Shown: one piece after another, positions 24,677-35,334 of the stretch | How the letters are laid out: the number at the start of each line of letters is the position of its first letter | Numbering within the stretch: position 1 is the first letter of the stretch | NCBI GenBank assembly: GCA_002245135.1 | Contig: NGBS01000036.1 | Span: forward strand, 1 to 64,000 | Direction: 5' to 3' | Length of the DNA stretch: 64,000 nt | Origin: Proteromonas lacertae | Lineage: Eukaryota | Translations under genes and position numbers: made by a program | The notes under the pieces: generated by a model | What the model was told of the DNA's origin: nothing | The model's database searches: none | The model's input: only the letters and a program-made list of their open reading frames with translations

Positions 24677-25291
24677 TTATTGAACATAAACAGGCTCGAT
24701 AGGCTCGCCTTGTATTTCTCTACCTGCAATATCATTACCTAATGGTTTATCTTCTTCTGGTTCTGGTTCTTTTACTTTCTCTATTTTCTCTTTCTTTGGA
24801 TTTGAACTCTTTTCTAATTTCTTCATATATTTGCCTAATTGATCTCTAGTTTCTTTCAAAGCTATTTGTAATTCAGCTTTTGTCATACGACTAGGAGGAG
24901 GTAATGATGAGTCCCTATCCTTTTTACTATTTTTTCGACCACCACCACGTTTGGACTTAGGCTCGTCTAAAGCATTTGATTTTTGTTTCTTACTAGATCT
25001 TCTTTTGGATCTCTCATGTGATCTGGATCTTGATCTGGATTTATGGGAGTGTTTTTTACCTTTTTTTGAATTTTTATGAGATGATGATCCATCATTCTGT
25101 AATATGTTGTATATATCCTTTGGAGAGAATTGTGATAGTAATTCATTGATCATAGCATCACTTGGTTTAGCTTCTGTGATTTTTGGTTTGGACATCTTGG
25201 AATCATTTTCATTTATTGACTCTACTTCACTATCAGACTCATCAGTAGAACTATCATCACTCACATATTCAGTTGATTCAGTATCACTCAT
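24677..25291 (-). CDS. Acidic N-terminus, RS/K-rich protein
   Basis: 204 aa, near-identical to 45767-46381. Confidence 0.7.
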   Translation of the reverse strand: MSDTESTEYVSDDSSTDESDSEVESINENDSKMSKPKITEAKPSDAMINELLSQFSPKDIYNILQNDGSSSHKNSKKGKKHSHKSRSRSRSHERSKRRSSKKQKSNALDEPKSKRGGGRKNSKKDRDSSLPPPSRMTKAELQIALKETRDQLGKYMKKLEKSSNPKKEKIEKVKEPEPEEDKPLGNDIAGREIQGEPIEPVYVQ

Positions 25292-25380
25292 TTTTTATTT
25301 CTATGTTATGAAAAAATAAATTAACAAAAAAACAATGAAAATAATAATATAAGTATTATTAGCATTATTAAAAGTCAAGC

Positions 25381-25674
25381 TTACATTCGAGCCACCTTTG
25401 ATTTTAAATATGCGTTCAATAATGCTTGTTGATTACTCCCACCTCCATTGAATGGTAATCTACCTCTTCCTGACCTACGTCTTCTACGACCAAATCCCAT
25501 TGTTGATAATCTATCTGCGATATCGTTCTTTCCAAATTCCCTAGCTATTTTGGATGCTATTTTATGATCCTTTGCCCAGTTAAATGCTTTGGAACCCCAA
25601 TTTTTTAACTTGCCCCAAAATGAACCACCCATTCTTCCATAAACGCATCTACGTCTTCTACCACCTTTTGGCAT
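25381..25674 (-). CDS. Adenovirus pVI/pX-like membrane-active core protein (putative)
   Basis: MGG-SFWGKLKNWGSKAFNW amphipathic helix flanked by poly-Arg tracts. Confidence 0.65.
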   Translation of the reverse strand: MPKGGRRRRCVYGRMGGSFWGKLKNWGSKAFNWAKDHKIASKIAREFGKNDIADRLSTMGFGRRRRRSGRGRLPFNGGGSNQQALLNAYLKSKVARM

Positions 25675-25732
25675 TATGTTATTTCGAATGAAAATAAAGA
25701 AATATGATTAAAATAAAAAAATTAAAATTAGA

Positions 25733-26239
25733 CTAGAAAACTCTAATCTTATTGTCAATATATCGATTATCGAGACTATTACTACTTTTACGTCTTTTAC
25801 CAGAACCAGTCTTTTTCTTTGCTAACAAAAATTTCGGTATAGTACTTGGACCACCTTTTGTCCAATTCTTTACAGCAAATGGATTAGCCATTCCACCATT
25901 TTTTAAATAGGGCATACTGCCTGGACCACCACTAATTACACTTTTTACTTCCTTTGGTACTCTATTGAGACCTAATTTTTTAATTTTATTCCAAAAAGAA
26001 CCAGCACCACTTATACCGCCATCATAATTCCATTCTGCTTGTCCACCTCTTCTTCTACGTTTTCTACCATATCCTACATTGGATACAACATTACCTAAGG
26101 CTGGACCTACACCTGGGATTAAACTAGCTGCTGTTGATAAAATTTTTGTTTTCTTAAAGAAATTCTTTACTCCATCCCAGAACTTGCCTTTACCTATGAT
26201 ATACTTACGATATTTCGCTTTTGAACTTCTTTTAACCAT
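25733..26239 (-). CDS. pVI/pX-like core protein with two amphipathic helices (putative)
   Basis: GKG-KFWDGVKNFFKK and GAG-SFWNKIKKLG; GYGRKRRRRGG. Confidence 0.65.
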   Translation of the reverse strand: MVKRSSKAKYRKYIIGKGKFWDGVKNFFKKTKILSTAASLIPGVGPALGNVVSNVGYGRKRRRRGGQAEWNYDGGISGAGSFWNKIKKLGLNRVPKEVKSVISGGPGSMPYLKNGGMANPFAVKNWTKGGPSTIPKFLLAKKKTGSGKRRKSSNSLDNRYIDNKIRVF

Positions 26240-26313
26240 AATTTGAGATAATTATATTTTTGAGTGATAATATAGTCAATAATATCAATATTGTCATTAT
26301 AGCCGTTTTTAAT

Positions 26314-26673
26314 ATGTCAGCTGGTCCAATACCTCAAATAACTTTTAATAGTGGTGTTGCATATCAACAAGATGGTCAACACCCTCAATATCTACCACAG
26401 CCACAACCGAATCAACAATCGCAACAATCGGTACAAAATGATCAACAAACTCAAGTACTGAAAACACTCGAAATATTACCTCCAGAGGCACAACAGATGT
26501 TAAAGAGTATTAATCCATGGACATTCAAGGAAGCACAAGCTATATTAAATAAATTGACAGATGAAGTGTTAATGGAGAGAAATCAAACACCAATACAACA
26601 ACAACAACCATACCCAGTACAGAATTTAAATCCTGTGCAATATGCTAGACAAAATATGACATTAATAGGTTAA
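26314..26673 (+). CDS. Gln-rich viral hypothetical protein
   Basis: Identical protein in the copy at 44385-44744. Confidence 0.65.
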   Translation: MSAGPIPQITFNSGVAYQQDGQHPQYLPQPQPNQQSQQSVQNDQQTQVLKTLEILPPEAQQMLKSINPWTFKEAQAILNKLTDEVLMERNQTPIQQQQPYPVQNLNPVQYARQNMTLIG

Positions 26674-26732
26674 TAATTAACATAATATCAATATTTGAAA
26701 TATATTCGTTTCATTTTATTATTTTTTGTATA

Positions 26733-27197
26733 TTGTGTTCTATGGATTCAAACAACCATAATACCATACACGTTATAGGCATAATGGGTAAATCAAATGA
26801 TCAAGACCAAAAGAAAGAAAATTTAGAAGATAAGAAAATGCGATTCAGTCAAAAAAGAAAAAGAGAAAGGGATATGATTGATAATGTGTATAAGTACTTG
26901 TATGGAGAAGCAGAATGTACTGACGATGACTCTGATGACTATGATCCTGAAGATGATCCAAATGCAAGTGATGTTGATAGTAATGGTAATTTAAAGGATT
27001 TCATTGCATATAGTGAAGATGAAAATGATGCTGAATCGAATATGGAGCAGGATGATTATGATAGCGATAATGATCAATGGTATGATGTATATGATATTCC
27101 TGAAATTGCCAATGACAATGATAATAAGATACACATCATCAAGAGAAAATTATTAAATGCTATATCTGAATCATTAGATGAATTAGTACCACAATAA
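26733..27197 (+). CDS. Acidic viral hypothetical protein
   Basis: Contains a GNLKDFI acidic motif; paralog at 43933-44325. Confidence 0.65.
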   Translation: MCSMDSNNHNTIHVIGIMGKSNDQDQKKENLEDKKMRFSQKRKRERDMIDNVYKYLYGEAECTDDDSDDYDPEDDPNASDVDSNGNLKDFIAYSEDENDAESNMEQDDYDSDNDQWYDVYDIPEIANDNDNKIHIIKRKLLNAISESLDELVPQ

Positions 27198-27339
27198 AAA
27201 CATAAGCATTTGGTCAAGTCAAACATGCAATGTGACGATTCAAAAAACCTTGATAAAGAAGAAGATTTAGAAGATCTTTAAGTGTTAAGTGATTAAATGT
27301 AATTACTTTATTTTTTTTAATTATTTTTTTTTGCTTATC

Positions 27340-27967
27340 ATGAACGCTATACCACCATTACAACATACTGACTCACCTAAAAGTATTGTTAAACCTCTAG
27401 ATTTCACTGAATTAGAAAGAGCATTGCCGATTGAAGATGCTGTAAAACCAGTATGCCTATTCAATGAGAAAGATGTAAAGAAAATGGATGTGCATACATA
27501 TAAAGCTAATTTAGATGTTTTGGAGCATAGTGAGAGAGCAATATGTGATTGTGAGGGGTTTAGCATTACCAATTGGTGAAGAGAGTTTACCACGTGTGAA
27601 ATTCAATATAACTCAAATTCAGCATATTTTAGAAATTTTTAAAGAATCTCTAACTCATTATAGAATTCAAACAAGATTTTTTAATCTCAGTGTAGAAGAT
27701 TGTATAGAGGTGAGTAATAGAGTAGATGATGCTATAAAATTATGTTTGAAAGATACTGTTCCATACTCTGCAGTAAAAGTTGGAGTTCATAATGTGTTAA
27801 TATGCCTATGGGAACGTATACGTAATAATGAAAAAGAAGGAAATCACTATGAGTTGGTGCATTTTGAAAGGGAATTAGATGAGTATGAGCGGTTAATATG
27901 GAACGTGTATCATTGTCTTTGTAAATTTGTGGGAGTCATATCAAAAAGAGAATACTATAGACCGTAA
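27340..27967 (+). CDS. Hypothetical protein, two overlapping ORFs possibly joined by a short intron
   Basis: Removing GT..AG at 27475-27514 or 27490-27514 fuses 27340.. with 27515-27967 in frame. Confidence 0.5.
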
Positions 27968-27983
27968 TTAATTAATTAATTAA

Positions 27984-28214
27984 TTAATGGTTACTATTAT
28001 TATAATTATTATAATTACTTCTCATTATTTCTTCTCTTTCTTGATTAAAATTCTTTAAAAATCGATTATACTCTTTATCTAAGGTATCTCTCCCATTAGG
28101 GTCTAATTGCTCCATACGCTCCCAGAATCTGTTTACAGCTTCTTCGAATGGCATGTAATCACAATAATCTAAGTCCTTATATTTTTCTGAAGTATCTTTT
28201 TGGTTGTCTGACAT
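27984..28214 (-). CDS. Small viral hypothetical protein
   Basis: 76-aa charged ORF with ATG start. Confidence 0.55.
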   Translation of the reverse strand: MSDNQKDTSEKYKDLDYCDYMPFEEAVNRFWERMEQLDPNGRDTLDKEYNRFLKNFNQEREEIMRSNYNNYNNSNH

Positions 28215-28377
28215 ACTTGAGTGTAATGATATGATATAATTTAAAAAAAATGGAATCTATCAAATAAGCTTGTGTAATCAAACTATACAATTTACACATG
28301 TTCATGGTATTCGCGGTAATTTGTATAACCGCTCCAAATATATCAAACATATATCAAGCTTTATTCATTTTGGCGGT

Positions 28378-29076
28378 ATGAGTTCAAATATCAATAATGG
28401 ATCTAATTTTATCACATTAGATGATAGAGATGTTACTTATTTAACTGTAAAAGGATGGTGTAATGAAGCTGAACCAAATACAGAAAAGATTGAAGATGCA
28501 AAGTACTATGTCATGAGTTTTACTCCAGGAAGGTTCTTATTTAAGAACAGAAGACCTATTAAAAATTGTTATCAAGATGTAAAGGAGCCTTTGAAAAAAA
28601 TGTTTGTGGATTATGCCATCAAGTATACAGATGACTCAAATATGGTCAAAGACTATAAGAAATGTGGCTTCCAAGTGATATTTCCTGAAGACAACGATAA
28701 TAACACTGTCAGATTCTGGGCATGGTTAAACAAGATTAAAGATCCTCCAAGTTATTTATTTTATGAGTGTCAGTGTGATTTGAGAATTAGACAGATAACT
28801 GTATTAGATAAGAAGGATAAAGAAAAATACACTATTATCCCAAAATTTGAAGTGCATAGCAGTATCAAGAAATATGAGCAAAAACTTGAGAAGGAGAAGG
28901 AGGATGAGGATCAGTGTGCTGAGAATCAGGATTTAGATGACATAGATTTGGAGAATATGTATACACAACCTGCAGATTATGATATTATTCCAGTACCAAC
29001 AACACCTGCTCCGATGAAAAGAAGAACTGAGAGTGATAATCAAAACCAACAATACAAGAGAAATAAGAAGAATTAA
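28378..29076 (+). CDS. Viral hypothetical protein, possible ssDNA-binding protein
   Basis: Beta-rich aromatic core with an acidic disordered tail; function is inference only. Confidence 0.55.
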   Translation: MSSNINNGSNFITLDDRDVTYLTVKGWCNEAEPNTEKIEDAKYYVMSFTPGRFLFKNRRPIKNCYQDVKEPLKKMFVDYAIKYTDDSNMVKDYKKCGFQVIFPEDNDNNTVRFWAWLNKIKDPPSYLFYECQCDLRIRQITVLDKKDKEKYTIIPKFEVHSSIKKYEQKLEKEKEDEDQCAENQDLDDIDLENMYTQPADYDIIPVPTTPAPMKRRTESDNQNQQYKRNKKN

Positions 29077-29092
29077 TTTTTTTATTATTAAT

Positions 29093-30214
29093 CTACTTCT
29101 TCAATGGTAAATATATTTTTTGAGGTATTATTGAAGATTGCCAATCAAATCCACCTTCCCCCATATCTGCTACTCTATATTCAAACATACTATCTGTTAT
29201 TCTTAAATGAATTTTTTTATATTGTAATCTGCCTGTATATGTTTGAAATGCTAAATCAATATCAAATGATTCTTTCAGTTCGTCCATTTCAGGTGAAATA
29301 TTTAATTTTGAAATTAAATCATTCTTTGACATAAAATATTGTAATAATTGCATATCATCTGAATCTTTACTACTACATATGGTAAATGACTTTACATCAG
29401 AATTATCAATTCTGAAATAGTTTAATATATTAATCTCTAAGTAGGATGGGTAATATCCATATTCCATATATAATCTCTTTCTGGTGTTAGTAACACTATT
29501 AACATATACTATACATTTGTCATGATATATTTCTTTCATTTTATGAGTTTGATCATAATTGTAGGTAGATCTACTCATAACAGTAAGTGTAGGTGATACA
29601 TATGTGCCAATTGATTCATCTTTGCTATTAATTGAACTTTTTATAGATCTTGCATCATTCCATATATCTGTTACTATATTATTATTATTTTTTACTTTAT
29701 CATGTGCAGTCCATGTATATCCATATACACTAGTTGGACTCTCCCATTCATCCATATCTCCTGTAACAATTAAATACATTTTCATCTTATCATGTAATTC
29801 TTTTATCTTTTTTTCTGTTCTCTGTGCAATATAGTATATACAAGTATCTGTTTCTGGATCCATACCAGGTTTACCAATATCTCCTAATAACCAATGTATA
29901 TTATCAGCATCTAGAGCTGTAGTGCAATATGTATAATAAATCATTTTAAAAATGCTATAATTATCTGAATCAAATTTAGTAATTCCAACAATATCTGCAA
30001 TTTTATCAATTTTCTCACTAGTTGCACTATCAATACCACCACCTGATCCATATGATCCTCCAGTACCACTATTCTTAATATCGACCAACATTTCTCTAAT
30101 CGATTTAGCATCTCCAACTTTTTCTCCCAAATTGCTTGTAATCGATGTCAGTGCCCTCGTGACAGGTGTTAGATCTGTTGATACAGCTTGTTTTTTAATA
30201 GGACGGCCAAACAT
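29093..30214 (-). CDS. Putative fibre/spike protein
   Basis: Heptad-like shaft, SGTGGSYGSGGG linker and beta-rich C-terminus; follows the ATPase as in element 1. Confidence 0.5.
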   Translation of the reverse strand: MFGRPIKKQAVSTDLTPVTRALTSITSNLGEKVGDAKSIREMLVDIKNSGTGGSYGSGGGIDSATSEKIDKIADIVGITKFDSDNYSIFKMIYYTYCTTALDADNIHWLLGDIGKPGMDPETDTCIYYIAQRTEKKIKELHDKMKMYLIVTGDMDEWESPTSVYGYTWTAHDKVKNNNNIVTDIWNDARSIKSSINSKDESIGTYVSPTLTVMSRSTYNYDQTHKMKEIYHDKCIVYVNSVTNTRKRLYMEYGYYPSYLEINILNYFRIDNSDVKSFTICSSKDSDDMQLLQYFMSKNDLISKLNISPEMDELKESFDIDLAFQTYTGRLQYKKIHLRITDSMFEYRVADMGEGGFDWQSSIIPQKIYLPLKK

Positions 30215-30404
30215 AAAATATAGCAAAATAAACAAAAAAATTATATTAGTGACAATATGGGGATTATTATTATTCCGAATCGCTGGGATAACTTGATGAA
30301 TCAGTGGACTCATCATCGCTGCTATAGGAAATGAGGTGATCATATTTATTATTGTGATTATAGCTATTATTACTATTATCTCTAATTCTACTATCAAAAT
30401 TCAC

Positions 30405-31127
30405 TCAAAATTCATGATTATATAAATCGATATATAAAAATGAGTGATTACTCTGTTTAGTTGCATAATCATAATAAGACTTGAAAACATCAAAATCGAT
30501 CCATATATCTAAACTTGCATACAAATTTCGTAAATTAGCCATACTCAGGTTTTTGAATACTAAACAGTAATCAAGCTGTAAACGAACTGATGGAGTAATA
30601 TCAGTGACATATTGACTTGATATAATTACTTTTGACTTGTAATGACGGTTTGACTTAAGTAATTTTGAAACGGATTTATTTCTTAAATCAAATGATATAT
30701 CATCGAATATAAATATATTCTCTGGGTAATCATAATTATCTTTGTTTATATCTTTGATATTATCTAATACTGCATCCAATATATTCACTCTATCTTCATT
30801 CACTACTGAATCATAGCAATGGTACTCAATTTGGTTATACTTGAGCATATCAGTGATTTTCTCATATATAATATCCTTGGATATAGTTGCAACAAAAAAA
30901 TACACTACTTGGTCATATCCCTTTTTCAGCAAGTGTTGGATCATATTAAATATAAGTGTAGTCTTACCACTGTTTTTCTTAGCTAAAATAAATATGTTGC
31001 AGAATGGCTCCTGAAAATAGTCATATCCAAGGACACTATCTTTGGAACGTTTTCCACATCCTTTGACTACTGTCTCAACAGGATTTATGACTATGTTGTT
31101 TATTTTTTCTAAATTAACTTTACTCAT
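30405..31127 (-). CDS. A32-like DNA packaging ATPase
   Basis: AKKNSGKT, IFIFDD and NRHYKSKVIISSQY; clear homolog of 7173-7934. Confidence 0.92.
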   Translation of the reverse strand: MSKVNLEKINNIVINPVETVVKGCGKRSKDSVLGYDYFQEPFCNIFILAKKNSGKTTLIFNMIQHLLKKGYDQVVYFFVATISKDIIYEKITDMLKYNQIEYHCYDSVVNEDRVNILDAVLDNIKDINKDNYDYPENIFIFDDISFDLRNKSVSKLLKSNRHYKSKVIISSQYVTDITPSVRLQLDYCLVFKNLSMANLRNLYASLDIWIDFDVFKSYYDYATKQSNHSFLYIDLYNHEF

Positions 31128-31188
31128 AACAAAAATAACAAAAACATAATTATAAGAAATATAGCCGTTATCGATATTATGATTATTT

Positions 31189-32670
31189 TTAAACTACACT
31201 TACAATACCACTTCCATTAATAGTGACCATACGCCCAGTGATGATATAGAAACGATGAGATATATCATTATTAGTAAAGTCATTTGTACCAGGTGTTGAA
31301 AATTCAAAGGTTATTTTCAAATCAGTAGCCAAAGGTCTACCTGCCTGGTTCTTAATATTGTCCAAGTCCTTAGAGCCAAAATTCAATATCTCAAAGAACT
31401 TGTCATTGAACTTCTTATCTTTTCTGAATATATCAAACCATGAGTCTTGGAAATATTCACGGACAGTCATGAAGCTATCATAATATTGCATAAGTGTATA
31501 ATCTGGCTGATATACAAAATCATTGATCATCCATCTGAATTGTGCATTTTCAGGTACATGTGCATATCTTTTTAATGATTCTATCCATGGCCTATAGATA
31601 ATGTAACGAACAAATGGTCCATTGGAACTATTCAATGTGAATGAATAATTGAATATGCCAGATCCACCTGATGGTACAACAATTTGATGACATCAGAAAT
31701 CATTGAATTGAATAGGTTTTGATAAGCAGTATTGTTTGGTATTATTGTTGCATTGAGTATCCTTGTTGATATAAGCATAGAATTTAAAATTCTTAAATGT
31801 CATATTTTTAATACCACCATCCCTATCCCATGCTATAACATTATTTAAATCTTCATAACCATTTTCATCAATACAATATTCGGTTGGTGTATATGATTTC
31901 AAATTTCCATAATTTGCTTTAGTTTGGAATCGAATGCATATATACATTCTCTCTCCAAAGAATACATCGCTCTTTAATGCAGCAAATGTATTGTAAAATT
32001 TACCTAACTGTAATTTGAAATGTAATGTCTTTTTACTCTTATACACAGTAGCATTTGTTACTTTATTATTACTTTCATCAGAAATGTCTATAACATTAAC
32101 ATGCATATCATCATCACCTTCTTTGTCCATTTTCCATTTATTAACATCTTGAATAAGATAACTGTGTTCATCGTTACTCCAATCTAATTGTATTCCATCA
32201 TAATAATTGTCTTGATTGAATATATCACATCTCTTTCTAACTAATTCGTCCATAAATACACGATATGGTTCATATGAATCATCAAGCTTGACCAGATCTG
32301 TTCCAGTCTGATTACAAATTCTAAAAGAGGCCAAGCCAAACCCTTCTTTAATTCCTCCAATTGTACTTGGATATAAATCATCATCTTTATTTATAAGTTT
32401 CTTATTTAAATCTGCTCTAACAGCACCTGCTTCTGAACCTTTTGCTAATGGTTCTGTTTCCACATCTATATCGAATTGAATATATGACTTAGCTAAATTG
32501 ATAATATTATCTCCACTTATCTCCCATCTAATCTCTTCTGTATACGTGTTATCACTTAGAGTATATTCTGATGTTGATCCCATCGGAGTCAATCTCACAT
32601 AATTATAGAAGGGTAGCATCACAGGGACATCTACACCATGTTTCTGTTCTTTTGGAATAGATAAAGCCAT
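31189..32670 (-). pseudogene. Major capsid protein interrupted by one in-frame TGA (31693-31695)
   Basis: IRWEISGDNIINLAKSYIQF; reading through gives DF*CHQIVVPSGGSGIFNYSFTLNSS, which aligns with element 1 DFNIVQITKDPIPGSNTFNYNFSINSS. Confidence 0.82.
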
Positions 32671-32701
32671 TAGAAAACAAAAGAATAAAGAAATATAAAA
32701 A

Positions 32702-33661
32702 TTAGACTTTAAATACAACAATATCTAAATTAAACTCAATATTATCAAGATTAAGCTCATAGCCATTTTGTTGAGTAATCTGAATAGTGATCATACCATT
32801 GTTATAGGTATTATTGAATCTCTTTGATGTATTCAATATGTCATTATTCTGATATGTAATAAATGGTAACTCTGGATTTGAAACGGGTATATTTTCTAAT
32901 ACATTTGAATCCTGCATAATATTCACTATGTCTAATCTAATGGATATAGAATTAACCCATATCAAAGATGGACGAAATGGTAATTGAGTAAATGGGAATG
33001 GCTTAACCTTAATTTCTTGTTGATTCTCTGATTCTTCAGATGGAATATATTCTTTAAAACAACACCAGTAATTGTTTTTGGGTATACCTAATATTTTGTA
33101 ACTAAGATCTTTGGTGATGATCTCTAATTTTTCTATCCAATATACTGGGTCTTTTTGATAGTATATAATATTCATATCATTAGCTACCTCAATATGATAT
33201 GTTTGATTATCATCGAAATTGTCTATACGAAATAAATCTCCTTTTCCTTGTATAATAGACACATGTGAACCTTCAGTATTATATGCATCATCTTTTATTC
33301 CAAAAACATCATATGTCATATTTTTGACTAAATTATTAATCATACTTAATATCTGAGTTTCATCATAGAATCCTTCTGGTATTTTGAGGCGTTTTATGAT
33401 GTTTGGATACTTTGGTGCATCTACTTGAACATCATGTCTCCATCCCAATGTGAATACTAATGAAAACTCATCATTTGTTTCTTCCTGTATAGTTGGGAAT
33501 GAATTGGGTATAACAGCATGTAATAAGCTGACATGAGTATAATCATCATCGAATGATTGCAATTTTAATGTCTTCTTATACTTGTTTCCTCCGCCCATGG
33601 AATCAGATAATACAATCATATCAGAATTTAAGTAGTATACACGATGATTCGAAACTAACAT
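32702..33661 (-). CDS. Minor capsid (penton) protein, Polinton/PLV type
   Basis: VSLLHAVIPNSF, IPEGFYD and IQITQQNGYELNL motifs typical of single jelly-roll pentons; directly upstream of the MCP. Confidence 0.82.
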   Translation of the reverse strand: MLVSNHRVYYLNSDMIVLSDSMGGGNKYKKTLKLQSFDDDYTHVSLLHAVIPNSFPTIQEETNDEFSLVFTLGWRHDVQVDAPKYPNIIKRLKIPEGFYDETQILSMINNLVKNMTYDVFGIKDDAYNTEGSHVSIIQGKGDLFRIDNFDDNQTYHIEVANDMNIIYYQKDPVYWIEKLEIITKDLSYKILGIPKNNYWCCFKEYIPSEESENQQEIKVKPFPFTQLPFRPSLIWVNSISIRLDIVNIMQDSNVLENIPVSNPELPFITYQNNDILNTSKRFNNTYNNGMITIQITQQNGYELNLDNIEFNLDIVVFKV

Positions 33662-33895
33662 AAGATAAAATCTATTTTGAAAATAAATTCGTTAATAATG
33701 TCAATATTGTCATTATTAGTATTAATTACACTTTTATTTTTTAAAAATGAATAACGATCAGGAACACAAATTTAGAACAGTGCCATATAACTTTTGGAAC
33801 TCTGATAAACAGTGTCTTGTAAGTTAGTTTATTGATAATAAATACATTACTTTGATTAATTTTGTTTTTCTTATATAAGATTCTCATAAACACAC

Positions 33896-34132
33896 ATGGA
33901 CTTTGATGTAATAACTGTTTTGCTTTCAGTTCTCGTATTTGTATTGTATATGATAGCTTTGGCTCTTTTCAAATACTTAAAGGCACACAATTGTATTCCA
34001 AACAATACAGACATAGAAGAACTTAGAAATAATATAGATGCCATGATGAATAAAGGGTTAGAACATGATAAGACACTTAAGGATATTCAGTCTCTTATTG
34101 AAATCACTAAACAAAGGAAAATGACTATTTAA
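33896..34132 (+). CDS. Small membrane protein with coiled coil
   Basis: N-terminal hydrophobic helix, 78 aa. Confidence 0.6.
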   Translation: MDFDVITVLLSVLVFVLYMIALALFKYLKAHNCIPNNTDIEELRNNIDAMMNKGLEHDKTLKDIQSLIEITKQRKMTI

Positions 34133-34363
34133 ATTGTTTTTTCACTTTTATATTATATTATGTTTTTTATTTTTTTTGGTTAAACTTGTATCTTACAACT
34201 GGCCCAAGTTGTAGGATACATCACAATTCAAGTTACAACTGACGCCAGTTGTAACTTATATTACAATTCAAGTTGTCAAGTGGCCGCCGGATATAGCAAT
34301 ACCAAACACCAAAAAAACAAACACACATAACATTACATAAAAAAAAATATATAAAGAATTACT

Positions 34364-34735
34364 TTAATTATCCATATTAGGAACTGGAATACCATACTGA
34401 TAATGCCTGCCATTATGCACAACTATACGATGTGGATCATTCTTTGGCGCAGCTCGTGGCCCGGCTCGTCTTGGTTTACGTTTTGCTCTATCTTTACTTC
34501 CTTTTGGTCTTCCTCTTTGTTTAGGTGGATTAGCAGCTAATAATCGTTCATACATTTTCATTAATTGTCTATATTGTAATTTAACTTTTGTTTTGTTTTG
34601 TAGTGCATTCTTTACTTTATCTCTATACAAATCATAGCTCTTTCTCCATTTACTCCTATTAACTGATTTAGGAATATATGTATTCCAGTCTTTACTAATT
34701 TTAAACCCTTTTGGCCATCCTCCATAATAAGACAT
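34364..34735 (-). CDS. Basic AT-hook DNA-binding/core protein
   Basis: KQRGRPKGSK AT-hook; N-terminal YGG-W. Confidence 0.7.
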   Translation of the reverse strand: MSYYGGWPKGFKISKDWNTYIPKSVNRSKWRKSYDLYRDKVKNALQNKTKVKLQYRQLMKMYERLLAANPPKQRGRPKGSKDRAKRKPRRAGPRAAPKNDPHRIVVHNGRHYQYGIPVPNMDN

Positions 34736-34845
34736 GTTGTGATTTTTATAATTGATATTATTTAAAATATAGTAACTATTAATAGTATGTTTATCAAACA
34801 AAAACAAGCATATATAATAATAATAATAATAGAATTTTTAAGTAT

Positions 34846-35334
34846 TTAATCAGAGTCGCTACTACTACTACTACTACTACTATCACTACTACTAATTCCA
34901 TCAGCAACATTTCTATCAACTGGATGTATGTGATAAAAATTCCCTCCATTCCATTGATAACTCATATGATGAAAAACATATTTTTTAAATTTTTGAGGAA
35001 TACAATCACCATCTGCATACTCATGTTCTCCATTTCTTAATTTTCTATTCATTACTAATATTGAAGCTCTTCTGTCATACCCATAGGTTTTGAGGTTTAT
35101 CATTAATTGATCGCCATGATGTCTATAATCACCTAGTACTTCTGGATCATTTCTATTAGTTCTGAGTGAACCACATATAAACACCTTTACTTTATTTCTT
35201 TTTAATATTTTCATTGTTTTAATTGGAAATTGAATGACCCATCTATGTGCTCTATTGTCTCTATATCTATGAATGTAAAAAGCATATTCACCGTTAGGTT
35301 GTCTAAGCATATTATATGTTAAATGGTCAGGCAT
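34846..35334 (-). CDS. Viral hypothetical protein with Ser-rich tail
   Basis: 162-aa ORF. Confidence 0.6.
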   Translation of the reverse strand: MPDHLTYNMLRQPNGEYAFYIHRYRDNRAHRWVIQFPIKTMKILKRNKVKVFICGSLRTNRNDPEVLGDYRHHGDQLMINLKTYGYDRRASILVMNRKLRNGEHEYADGDCIPQKFKKYVFHHMSYQWNGGNFYHIHPVDRNVADGISSSDSSSSSSSSDSD

